Part shown: one piece after another, positions 1 to 10,263 of the stretch
How positions within the stretch are numbered: the first letter of the stretch is position 1
Layout of the letters: each line of letters opens with the position of its first letter
DNA from: Oikopleura dioica
Lineage: Eukaryota > Animalia > Chordata
Assembly: GCA_907165135.1 (NCBI GenBank)
Contig: OU015568.1
Coordinates: forward strand, 16,441,208-16,505,207
DNA length: 64,000 nucleotides
Direction of reading: 5' to 3'
Position numbers and translations under genes: made by a program
The notes under the pieces: generated by a model
The model's input: only the letters and a program-made list of their open reading frames with translations
The model's database searches: none
Told to the model about the DNA's origin: nothing

Positions 1-851
1 CGTCCATTTTCTTTTGTTTTTGCTCCTTTGTCGCGTTCAATGCAGCACGCCCAAGGAGCATTTCGCTGATCACACCGTGTCGCAGCAATTTGTCGATCGC
101 CGGCTAGGGTTGGTTTATGAGCTGCTCTAGAAGTCCAAAACTCACCTGGTGGCCTCCGTCGACGGCGTAATCGCCGGCGCACTTGTGTTGTCGGTCGACA
201 GCGTTCCAGACAGCGTGATTTTCGAGGAGAAACTGGATCATTTCGCAGTTTCCATGAGCAGCAGCCAACATCAGTGCGCTAAATTTGTAGGGTTTACGCC
301 TTCAAAAATTTACAATGGTTCGATATTTTTAGATTTTAATCTAACGTCCTCAACAGCTGGCTCCTACCACCTGTAAAATCAGCATAAATAGAGTGCTCTC
401 GAAAATTAAATGGTTATAATGAAATGAAAAACAAGAGTCTTTGAAAGTTGTGGAAAGTTTTCCTAATGATTTTGATGACTAGCAATGTAACGAAGATTTT
501 CATATGAAAAAAACTTAAAATGAATCCCCTTTTCCCTCTTTTAAGAAAAGAATAAGATCAGTAAATTATCACGCAATCCCGAATTCACCTTGATCCAGTC
601 TCATCTTCCTGATGAGTTGTATCAGCGTCGTATTTCTCAATCAGCTCTTTTACTTTTTCGAAGTCGTTTGCCTGCAGGAAAAATAGTTATCAACAAAATC
701 GCGGAAAAGTTTCAACCTTTGCCGCCTCAAGCAGCTCCTGATCGTAATTTCTTTCGTTTTCACTTTCATTTTTCTCAACAGGAGTGTTTTTCTCCTCGTT
801 GTCTTCACTTTCTTTCACTCGCTTAGCTTGGGGTTCTCCGTCCTGAGTCAT
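1..851 (-). CDS. RMT2: Ankyrin-repeat protein arginine N-methyltransferase 2 (Rmt2)-like gene, 5' part; continues off the window start
   Basis: GT-AG exons 851-717, 671-589, 278-146 and 103-1 splice in frame to MTQDGETQAKRVKE..ELLEAAKANDFEKVKELIEKYDAD..GSSALMLAAAHGNCEMIQFLLENHAVWNAVDRQHKCAGDYAVDGGHQPAIDKLLRHGVISEMLLGRAAL. This matches the ankyrin plus WNA..AGD.A...GH....LL..G..SE.LLG signature of fungal/plant Rmt2. The SAM domain is outside the window. Confidence 0.75.
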
Positions 852-1089
852 TCTAGATCTCTTTAGCTATTTCTTTGAGTAACGCGCGCGATTCAATTTC
901 GCAGAAGCAAATAATGAACAAGTAGCAAAATTCGCGCAAGCAAAATTTATTCACAGAAAAGGAAAATTTTCAATAAAAAAATCATTTACCAAAAATGGTG
1001 GAACTTTTTTGAAGCAAGTTTTGCAGAAATTTTTGCTAATTTTTTTAAAAATAAACAAGAAAAACAGTAGAATCTTTTGCGAAGGTAAA

Positions 1090-1916
1090 TTACAGTAGCT
1101 CGCCATTGAGCTTTTGGATCTGCAGCCTCATTTCGTCGATGATCGAGTTTTGTCTGGAAATGATGGACTTGAGGCTTTCCACTGATTCGCCACCAGAGTC
1201 ATCGTCGCTTTTCTTTGGTGGAGGAGCTCCGTTGACCATGTCTTGGCAACGCTGAGATTCACGATCCAGCAGTTTTTTCATCCCGTCGATTTTGTCCTGC
1301 ATTTCCATTCGCCATTTATCCTCGGTTTCTGTCAGCTTGCGTTCGCATTCTTGAGTGCTAGAAAAATAAGTGTAAGTTCATCTTACAGAATGAAGGCATA
1401 GAGTAGTTCGATCTTTCCTTTTTTTATGTTTTAGATAAAAATCTAAGTACAACATAAGGCCTAACTTGTTTATTTCAAACACCAGGTGTTTAACACCTGG
1501 AAAAACCAAGCATATAAACCGAAAATGGAAACTCAAAGCAGAATGGTAAAATGAGAATCACAAGCTTCAACAACCATTTGAAAGGTGTTTTTAACGATTT
1601 TGATTTGCATTCGACAACATAAACGATAAGTAAAATGAATCAGAAAATTATATATCCCGATAAAGTTGTACCGCCTCTTTTTTTTATCTTTTAGTGTAAA
1701 TAAAATAACCTGAAATTCCGAGAAATTACTTTATTCTTTTAATATATCTTAATTAATTTATATACCTTAGAGTTATTTGATTATTTTTCTCTAAAATCGC
1801 CAGGGAAGTCTTGTCCTGCAAGTTGTTCAGCGATCTGGCGATGAAATTCGTAACAAGAAAAACGAAGAAGACCCCGCAAAGAGCTCGAAAAAGAAACGTA
1901 TTCACTCGGTCAACCA
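1090..1916 (-). CDS. Single-pass (type II-like) membrane coiled-coil protein, about 140 aa
   Basis: Exon ~1916-1766 encodes MVDRVNTFLFRALCGVFFVFLVTNFIARSL.. (hydrophobic segment). It splices GT-AG to exon ~1357-1090 (STQECERKLTETEDKWRMEMQDKIDGMKKLL..LQIQKLNGELL*). Confidence 0.7.
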
Positions 1917-2559
1917 TTTAAAATTTCAAATCACGGATTTTCTTTCTCTTTCAAATAAAAAAAAATCGTCAAAAACCGCGTAAACGAGCTCAAGCGCTAT
2001 GCCCCTGGGCAGCGCGCTCAGCTCATCTCTCAAAATAGGGCCTTTTTGACTTTCAAGTTTTTTCTTTTGCATTTTTTATACTTTTGAGGCTTCCCGGAGC
2101 TTCCTTAGCTTTTAGAGATGAAAAGATAGCTCCCTGGAAGAAAGTAGATACTGTAGCTGTTAGAGAAGGGGGAAGATGTCGAGTAGGAGGCATAGAAGAT
2201 CGAATTTGGAAGGAGAGGGATTTATTGCTAGTTGGAAAACTTCGCTCAGAAGAGTCAGGTACGAAGAGGCCATCATGAAACAAGGGGTTCCCAATCGGGA
2301 CTGCCCATTTTATTGGGTAAACACATCTTGTTCCAAGTTTAAATGATTTAATGTTCCTCAAGAGGGTCACTATTTTAACGGATTAGGAGCCCATGACTTG
2401 TTTATAAAAATCCGTTAAAATGATGACCCTTTTGAGGAATGATAAGTCCGTTAAATTCGTTGTCGCAAAAGAGCTTTCCCGTTAAATGGGGCCCGTTTTT
2501 TTATGTTGTGTTTCCCAGATAGTGGACTTTTCACTTTAATTCACTCACTTTTTTTATTC

Positions 2560-3560
2560 AGACGCGATGCACCGACATTCCTGGACGTCTTTTACGTAGT
2601 CGCCTTGGTCGCCGTCCTCTTGGTCGTTGATGTCTTCTACATCGGTCATAAGCACAGCAACGAGCTAAAGAAAATGTCAGCGCTTCATAATGAAGAAATG
2701 ATGGAGATGCACGCGCGTTTTCAAGAACAGGTGAATTTTTCTCTTAAGAATCTCTTTTTAGGGTTATTCGGATCTTGTTAGTGTTGTTACTTTTCCGATA
2801 CCGAGGATTTAACGGTGATTTTAGGTGAAAAAAGTGAACCAGGCGCATCACGAAATCAGGGACCAGAAATCGAATGACCACGCCAAAGCGAATCAAAAAT
2901 TAAAAGACCTGACTTCCAAAGAAATCGACAATCTTGTCAATGTAAGTCTTTATTCTCCTTAACGGTTTTCAAGGAAGAAAAATTATCTTTGAATTCAAAA
3001 ATATAAGATAAAGAAAGACAAAACTTTCGAGCAGGGCAGGGTGAAGTACCTTCGCGAATACCGTACTTCACCGTGGTGAACTCGAAAGAACCTCCAGAGT
3101 TGGTGAGACTCTATCTACAGTTTTTTATCGCGTGTTGTCCTTCGGATCAACTCGCGTTGATCCAAAGAGACTAAGAAGAATAGGATTCGAACAGCGCGAA
3201 TTGATTTATCCGAACCTATCATATTTTGCCCTCGACTTGGACCACCAAACCAAGCCGTCACCGAAAGAAATTGGGAAAAGTCAAATTATAAAGTTAATTT
3301 AGATGGAAAAGTTCAAAGCTCATACGGGGCCATACCGTTGACAAATAATAAAAAATAAAATAAGCTCTCTTTTCTAAGAAAGTCTAAATATCAACCTCTC
3401 ATTTCTGCTTCAGAATATCAAAGACCAACTCGCTCAACTCAAAGAAATCCAACATGACGCGATTGACTCGCATCATGACGAATCCCATGGCGACCACGAT
3501 TCTCAAGGCGCTCAAGAAGAGCATCAGGAAGAATCGAAAGAAGCGCCTGAGCAAAACTAG
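2560..3560 (+). CDS. Single-pass membrane protein with coiled coil and His/acidic tail (GOLM/GOLIM4-like architecture); first exon not located
   Basis: Exons ~2560-2730 (FYVVALVAVLLVVDVFYIGHKH..FQEQ), 2825-2941 (VKKVNQAHHEIRDQK..) and ~3415-3560 (NIKDQLAQLKEIQHDAIDSHHDESHGDH..EQN*) join in frame by GT-AG introns. Confidence 0.7.
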
Positions 3561-3660
3561 CTTCTAGCATGCATATTTATCTTCTTTACTACTTTAGCCA
3601 CAATTCAACAATTTTCTGTACGATTGAAACAAAAAATAAAGAATCAAAAAAGATCATTTT

Positions 3661-4514
3661 TTATTTGTAATTGTTGCTCCGCGAAGTTAGAAAAATAATA
3701 CCGAGGAATAGAAGCGACGATAAACTGAAAACACTCGGTGACTTCTCTTCCGCCTTTTCCGAAACTCCGTCTCTTTCGGAAGATTCTGCCAAATTGGAAA
3801 TTTTCTCGAGCTTTTTGGATTCTTCAATCTCCTCTTGGATACTCCGCTCGTGCTCCAGAAATGAACTCAAGCTTTTTTCGCTTTTGGAGTCTTTTTTAAA
3901 GGCTCGATTTTGAAATCTTTTATTTCGGAAAAGGAAAAATCCGCCGTTTTCTTGGGTTTGAGCATTATGAAGGGCAATTCTAAGTTGAGTTATTGTTTCA
4001 TTAGCTTGATCCAGCAAGTCCGCATTTCGATTCAATTCATCAATGAGCTCTGATCGAGGAACTTCATCGTCGAGGTCGATGAACTGACCCAGCCGGTTTT
4101 CCAAGTGATAAATTCTCGTCTTTCAATTAGGTTCGGCAAAGAGGGGGAGACATAAAGGAACTACTCTAACTAATGTGAACCCGAAAATGGCTTGAGGGTG
4201 AAATTCTCCCTTTCAACATTTCGCAACTCGCTAACAAGATCCCTGTAGCCCATAATTGCATTGCCCGAGTCGTCAAAAACGCTACTGCTCGCCAGCGAAG
4301 CAGCCTCCCACTTACCTAAATAGCCCGATGGAGGGAAGGAATGCTTTGTCGACTCACTCAGATCAAGAGTACTGTATTCGCTGCGAAGTGAGCTGCGGGC
4401 AGTGGCGCGACGAATGAAGGTTGAAGCAGAGCCGATTGATTCAGTGTCGGAAAGTTGATCCTCGGTAAGGTCGAAGTTGACGACGGTTTCTGCGTCGGAG
4501 AGATGTTCCTCCAT
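3661..4514 (-). CDS. Centrosomin motif 1 (CM1/gamma-TuNA) coiled-coil protein with C-terminal hydrophobic anchor
   Basis: Joining ORF 4586-4170 to ORF 4104-3661 gives YRDLVSELRNVERENFTLK|TRIYHLENRL, matching the CM1 consensus (L..ENF.LKLRIY.LE) of CDK5RAP2/myomegalin/Mto1. It ends in VFSLSSLLFLGIIFLTSRSNNYK*. The junction needs an atypical donor (see findings). Confidence 0.65.
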
Positions 4515-4628
4515 TCTAACTACGATTCTACCAATTTGAGCGATTTGATTTTGTAGAAAAACATTTGATCGGAAGTAAAAAAACAAGATACAGAATGCAG
4601 TAAATTACTATCGATATTATATCGAGAA

Positions 4629-5161
4629 CTGGCCTCGGATTCCTGTAAACAGGAACAGGGACAGGAACAGGGATTTTATTTTTTGCCCATTTGCAAAACA
4701 GGAAACAGGACAGGATAAAAAGCACAGGAACAGGTCCTGTTTTACAGGTTTCACAGGCTTTGCAGGCCTGTAAACTCAAATTTCAGGGTTCTAATTTTTC
4801 CTTGAAGAATCAAAGTTAAGAATTTTTTTCTCGTGATAATCATGTCTATAGACAGTTTCAACTATAAAAGGTTCTTTATAACATATTTGAAAGAAATTCC
4901 AAGAAAATTTTTACGAAAAATACCTGATCTTCCCCATTTCTCGCCTGTTTTCCTGCAATTTTTTTTACAGGCCTGTTTCACTTTTACAGGGCTGTTCCTG
5001 TATACGGGCGTGTTTTCCTGTTTTTCCTGTATTTCCTGTTAACAGGCCTGTTTACAGGTTTATTTTGGTCTCGAAATGCAAGACAGGAAACAGGACAGGG
5101 TCCAAAAACAGGAAACAGGACCTGTTTCAGGTTTTTAGACAGGTCAGAATTCCGAGGCCAG
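4629..5161. mobile_element. Non-autonomous DNA transposon (MITE) with 8-bp TSD and internal ACAGG/CCTGT repeats
   Basis: TIRs CTGGCCTCGGATTCCTG / CAGAATTCCGAGGCCAG; perfect TSD ATCGAGAA at 4621-4628 and 5162-5169; paralogous empty site ATCGAGGA at 6605-6612. Confidence 0.85.
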
Positions 5162-5169
5162 ATCGAGAA

Positions 5170-6600
5170 GCTACAGAACCATTGAGGCAAAGAAGAATTC
5201 GTTCTTTTTCTGTTCTGCTTTCGGAGGAAAAGCCGCAACACACAGACTTGCCTTCAGCGTCGCAGCCGTGGATGAAAAGAACTGGGGTTGAAGAATAGCC
5301 GCATTCCGCCGATTGTCGAGGATTCGTTTCGCCTGAAAGAACAATAAAGTATCTCTCTGATTCAGAGTCTTATATATGAAGAGTTATTGGATAGACCAGG
5401 ATGGTGCATTTTCGGTTATTTTTTCACCGACGAATCAGCGTCCAAGCGAAAAAGTCAGATGAGAGCGGATCATTTCAAAAACCCTAACCGGCTTGCTGAA
5501 ACTGTTCATGTTCTTTTAAAGAAAAAATCACAGAGATACTGATTTTGACGAGCTTTTTTTAAGGTTAACGAAGTTTTCCAGCCCACGTCCGCCTTATAGA
5601 CCCTCAACACCATACCTTTTTAGAATCACCAGAGAATTTTAAGAACGTTGATGGTTTTAGATTCTAGAAAAGTCCACTTCCGGTCGATTCTAGTGCCGGA
5701 AGTTGGCTCAAAACTTAATAAAAGCATGCATATGACCTATTAAATTAAAGCTTGTGAAATTTCTAGTCTTTTGGGTAACCCACCCGAACCGCGGTCAGAC
5801 CAACCGAATAAAATTGAAAAAAATCATCTATTCAGCGCTTTTTTACATAATTTAACCGGTCGGTTTGACCACGATTGAGACTGTCTCTTCTGATAAATTG
5901 ATCATAGGATGACTCAAAATCTTCTGGGCATTAATTTGATAGGTCACACTCTACCATTACTCCCAAATTTCCTCAACTTCCGGCTCTAGAATCGACCGGA
6001 AGTGGACTTTTCTAGAATCTAAAACCATCAAAGTTCTTAAAATTCTCTGGTGATTCTGAAAAGGTATGGTGTTGGGGGGTCTATAAGGCGGAAGTTGGCT
6101 GGAAAACTTCGTTAACCTTAAAAAAAGCACGTCTTTGTAGGGATTCTATCGGTTGAGCCACGGTTCTTGAGCTTATCGCTGGTCCACTGAAATCAACCTT
6201 CTATGAGATAGTGAGATGCAAGTTCAACACTAAAAATTATCCTCCATGATACCATTAAGCAGTAAAATATATTTTAAATAAAATCTCTAAGTCGCTCTAA
6301 ATTTAAGTTTGTTCTTGAAAATTTTGATTTTATAGGTTGCCCGAAAAAACAAAAATGGAGGACTTTCCCGAAGATGACATAAGTTTACCTGACCAAATGA
6401 AGAGCTTCATATCATCAAAGCACGGTTGAGGCATTCTGTGTCGCATTGATCCTCGGTTAGGTCGAAGTTGAGGAATGTTTCTGAGTCTGGGAGTTGAACC
6501 TTCATTCTAACTCTTTTTTCTAACTCTTCTAGCAATTTGAGCGAATTTATTTTGTAGAAAAATATTTCATTGATAGTAAAAAACAAGATACAGAATACAG
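5170..6600 (-). pseudogene. Decayed duplicate fragments of RABEPK and of the CM1 gene 5' end
   Basis: 5170-5340 copies 6610-6790 (RABEPK 3' end, with deletions). 6149-6200 and 6280-6428 copy 9378-9430 and 9234-9383 (RABEPK exon 2 and intron). 6447-6600 copies 4457-4600 (CM1 5' end). Confidence 0.75.
5549..6134. mobile_element. MITE with ~155-bp terminal inverted repeats
   Basis: 5549-5710 is the reverse complement of ~5970-6134 (TTTTTTAAGGTTAACGAAGTTTTCCAGC..AGTCCACTTCCGGTCGATTCTAG). Confidence 0.8.
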
Positions 6601-6652
6601 TAATATCGAGGAGTTACAGAATGATTGAGGCAAAAAAGAATTCGTTCTTATT

Positions 6653-9600
6653 CTATTCTGCTTTCGGAGGAATAGCGGCAACGTAGAGATCGTTGAAAAA
6701 CTCGCCTTCAGCATCGCAACCGCCGTGGATGAAAAGAACTGGCGTTGAGGAATAGCCGGAAACGTCGACTTTTGATTCGCTGGATTCTGGATTGATGTTG
6801 GCTCCGTCGATAGTGACTTTCCAGTCGTCGATGGGTTGAATGTTTGGTGTTCCTAGGTTTACTGATAAGATTCTGCTTGTTGACTTGAAAGAGGCTTTTG
6901 ATTGGCTCAAACAGTGAATGCTATCTTTTGATTGGCTCACTTGAAGAAAATGCCTTTTTAATTGGCTAGGAAAAGAAACACTTCTATTTTATAAGCTTGG
7001 CCGAAGACAACTGGTTTTTGATTGGCTTATACAGAGAACTAACGGATTTGATTGGCTGGAGCAGTGAAAACAGATGTTTTCTTACCTGGTAGATTCGTTG
7101 GTTGCTCAGAATTCTGGGAAGTTTTTGGAGCGATAGGAAGATTCAAAACATGGAAGTTGAAGGCTAATCTGGGCGTGGGCTTCGTTTCGAAAACAACTTT
7201 TCTTGCTTTGAATTGAGTCCAGTGCTCGTTCGTCGGGCTCAATTCCCAAAGCTCGTCGGAAACGATGTTTTCTTCGTTCAAACCTCCAAAGAGGAAGATT
7301 CGGTCGTCGAAGAGGACCATTTTGTGCATTGCCAGATTTCCAGGAGGATTGACGATTGAGCAGCATTTTGAGCGGAAAGTCTTAATGGATCAAATGTAAA
7401 ATTAATTGAATAAACACACACGGGTGCTCACCTTGAGGTTGATTCGGTAAAGAGAATTTGATTTTCCCGTTGCAGTCAAGCCCCCGTGGATGAACATGAA
7501 CTCCTCGTTAGCGCAAGCGGCGTATTCTTGAGTTGGGCAGGGCACTTCGCCGGAGATCTTGTGTTTTTCGACGCTGGTTCCATCGGAGACGACGTAGACG
7601 GATTGATCTTGTGATGGGCCGGAAGGAGTGCCGCCTAAGAAGGACAAATTAACGATTCTTCTAGTTGATTCTAGATTTTCGAGAATAGGGTCGTTGTTGG
7701 GAAAAATAAGCTCCTCTATTTTCAAAAAAAGTGAAAATGGGATTCGATGCAGAGATTGACGAATCGTCCAAGATCAACGACGAGATTAACTGTGGAGTTT
7801 GTCGCTCAATCTTAGAGGTAAAAATTTTCTAGGAACTAAAACTAAAAAAATTCGAGGAACCAAGTGTTGTAACTTGCTGCCAAGGCCATTTTTGTAAAAA
7901 GTGCCTTGACATGGTGAAACAAAATGCTTTGGCGAACAATTTTGCTCCAAGATGTCCGAATTGCCGAAAGGGGAATTTCAAAGAGGAGAAGGCACGACTA
8001 ATGGCGAAGGTTTTGAGCACAATCAAGCTCATGTGTCCTGTCGATGAATGTGGAATGTCGGTGCCTTACGACAAATTCAAGGAGCATCAGAAAGCTTGCC
8101 TCGCGTTGCAGGGGAAGAAATGCCCAGAGTGCAAGCAGGCGACTTCGCTGAAGAAGGCTCACGAGCATTGGATGTGCTTCGAGAAAAACGCAAGAAGACT
8201 AAAAGAAGCGAAGAAAAGATACGCAGCACAGGCCAAAGAACTTGAAGAGATTAAAAAGGAACAACCACCTGGGCCAAAAAGGAAGAAAGTTGAAGTTAAA
8301 ACTGAAAACGAAGCGCCGGCCAGTGAGCGACAACAACGAGAACAGGGAGCTACTGATCTAGGCTTGGCAACCTGTGTAGCAAACCTTTGTCAGGATCCTT
8401 TAACTTCGAGGCTTTCATTTTGCCACTTGCAGCTTTTTATTAAAGCTCTTTGAGAATCCTGACTCGGGTTCTACACAGGTTTCCGGGCCAAGAAACCGAT
8501 AATATTAGAAGAAAGAAATTGGAAAAGGCGAGACAAAAAATAGGATCCTTTCGGGGCGTTGGGCACTTCTATCAGAATGATAAGTCAATTGAAACTGGCG
8601 GGGTAAGAAATCAGATGAGCCAACATGAGATCCAAAACGTCCTGAAATTACTGGCACTTGGAGAAACGCAAATAAATTTAAAGGAATGGGATTTTTTAAA
8701 TATTAATTTATCAATTATAAATAATTGATAAATTCAAATAAAAACTCTGCGAAGTTTTTCAGCCGTGACGTGATAACGGTGCAAGAGAATGGATGGACGC
8801 TCAAGTTCGCAGGCGCCACATGTCCGTCGGCGACGCTGCCACCCGCTTCGATACTCCCCACATGGGGAGGATGCCATTATCTCTGGATCTGCAACAAAGG
8901 TAAAGCACCAGAATTAAAAGTTTTTAAATAAAATTTCAGACGGCGGAGTACCCTTCAAAGCTGTCGTGCAGGAAATTCTTACTCACAACGGACACGAATT
9001 TAGCAGAGAAGAGACGACAAGCAAGTTGGATGGACACGCGCAAAGAATGGCGTCTAAATTTGGATTCTATGAGAGTTTCGTAAGATACAATATTACACTT
9101 CTATAATTTAACGGTTTATCAATAAAATATAATCCAGCAAAACTCGAGTTTAACTTTTAGTGCAGTAAAAACAAAAATAGTTGAATTAGCGTTTTTCCTC
9201 AAAACGCAAAAAAAGAATGAAATATTTGTATAATCTTAAAGTCGCTCTAAAGTTTAGACAGGAAAAGACCTGGAAAAGTTGATTTTAGAAGTTCCCGAAT
9301 AAACAAAAATGGAGGCCATTTCCGGGGATGATATAAGTTTACCTGACCAAATGAAGAGCTTCTTATCGCTAAAGCACGGTTGAGCCACGGTTCTTGAGCT
9401 TATCGCAGGTCCACTGAAATCAACCTTCTCCCAGCCGGAAACTGTAAGCTTTTGAGCCTGGACGGGGATTTTCTCCCGTTTCCGCTTTTAAAATAATCAA
9501 ATAAGAGTACCGGTAGCCATTCGCAAATCCCGTTTCCTGCACCGTCGAATTTTCTGAATTACTCGAACCGAGCAGCACGAGTGGCGCTAGTTGACCGCCA

Positions 9601-9914
9601 TTGTTATCATCAGCGCTTGTTGATATCATTGCGTGCTCATATCTCGCGGTAAACTGTGTTGACTCAAGTGCCCTCCACGCGCCCGTAAATAAATTCAACT
9701 CAACGCAATTGTCGATGAATCCGTCAGGTGTTGCGCCACCGGTGATAACGATTTTTTCGTCGAGTTCTGGTCGCTCCTCGTTTTTGACAACGAGGGAGGC
9801 AGCTCCTGCGCGAATTGGCGGGGACTCGCCGGAAGGAGAAAGAACCCACCAGAGGCCGGGGGCAGGTTCGTCGCCGAATTCGAGAATTGAGTGGATTTCT
9901 AAACCGTCGGACAT
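6653..9914 (-). CDS. RABEPK: Rab9 effector protein with kelch motifs (p40)
   Basis: MSDGLEIHSILEFGDEPAPGLWWVLSPSGESPPIRAG..ITGGATPDGF..ARYEHAM, then kelch blades FIWSGG, FIHGGL, FLFGGL, and C-terminal VLFIHGGCDAEGEFFNDLYVAAI. These parallel human RABEPK (LEPGDKPRKATWYTL..PRYEHAS..FGGMNTEGEIYDD). Exons ~9914-9535, ~9455-9344, ~7641-7431, ~7368-7087, ~6865-6653. Confidence 0.9.
7737..9100 (+). CDS. RING (C3HC4) + TRAF/SINA-type Zn finger + coiled-coil E3 ligase-like gene nested in a RABEPK intron; 3' end uncertain
   Basis: MGFDAEIDESSKINDEINCGVCRSILE|EPSVVTCCQGHFCKKCL..RCPNCR..CPVDECGMSVPYDKFKEHQKAC, with a 39-nt GT-AG intron at ~7818-7856. Further exons at 8493-9080. Interrupted by a MITE at 8358-8492. 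Confidence 0.8.
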
Positions 9915-10263
9915 TTTCGAAAGCCCCTCTGAAGAGGTTTTTAGTTTGAGGGTTCTCTTCCTTGATATCAATTGAATTAGTTCAACTAAAATTTGCAAAA
10001 GAAAGATCATTTCTCAGGAAATCCAGATGATTTTTGAGGAAACAATGAACATAAAAGATGGGCTCGGAAACCTGTGTACAAAACCTGACTCAGGGTCTGA
10101 AAGAGATAAACACCAGACCCTGACTCAGGTTTTTGACGCAGGTTGCCGACACCAGCATAAAGATTATTTGATAATTTCTATTGTACAGCCGATAATTGAA
10201 CTTTTATTAGCAATAGGAATGGAGTAAGAACGGCAGTAAACAAAAGCTAAAAAGGAGGAGAAA

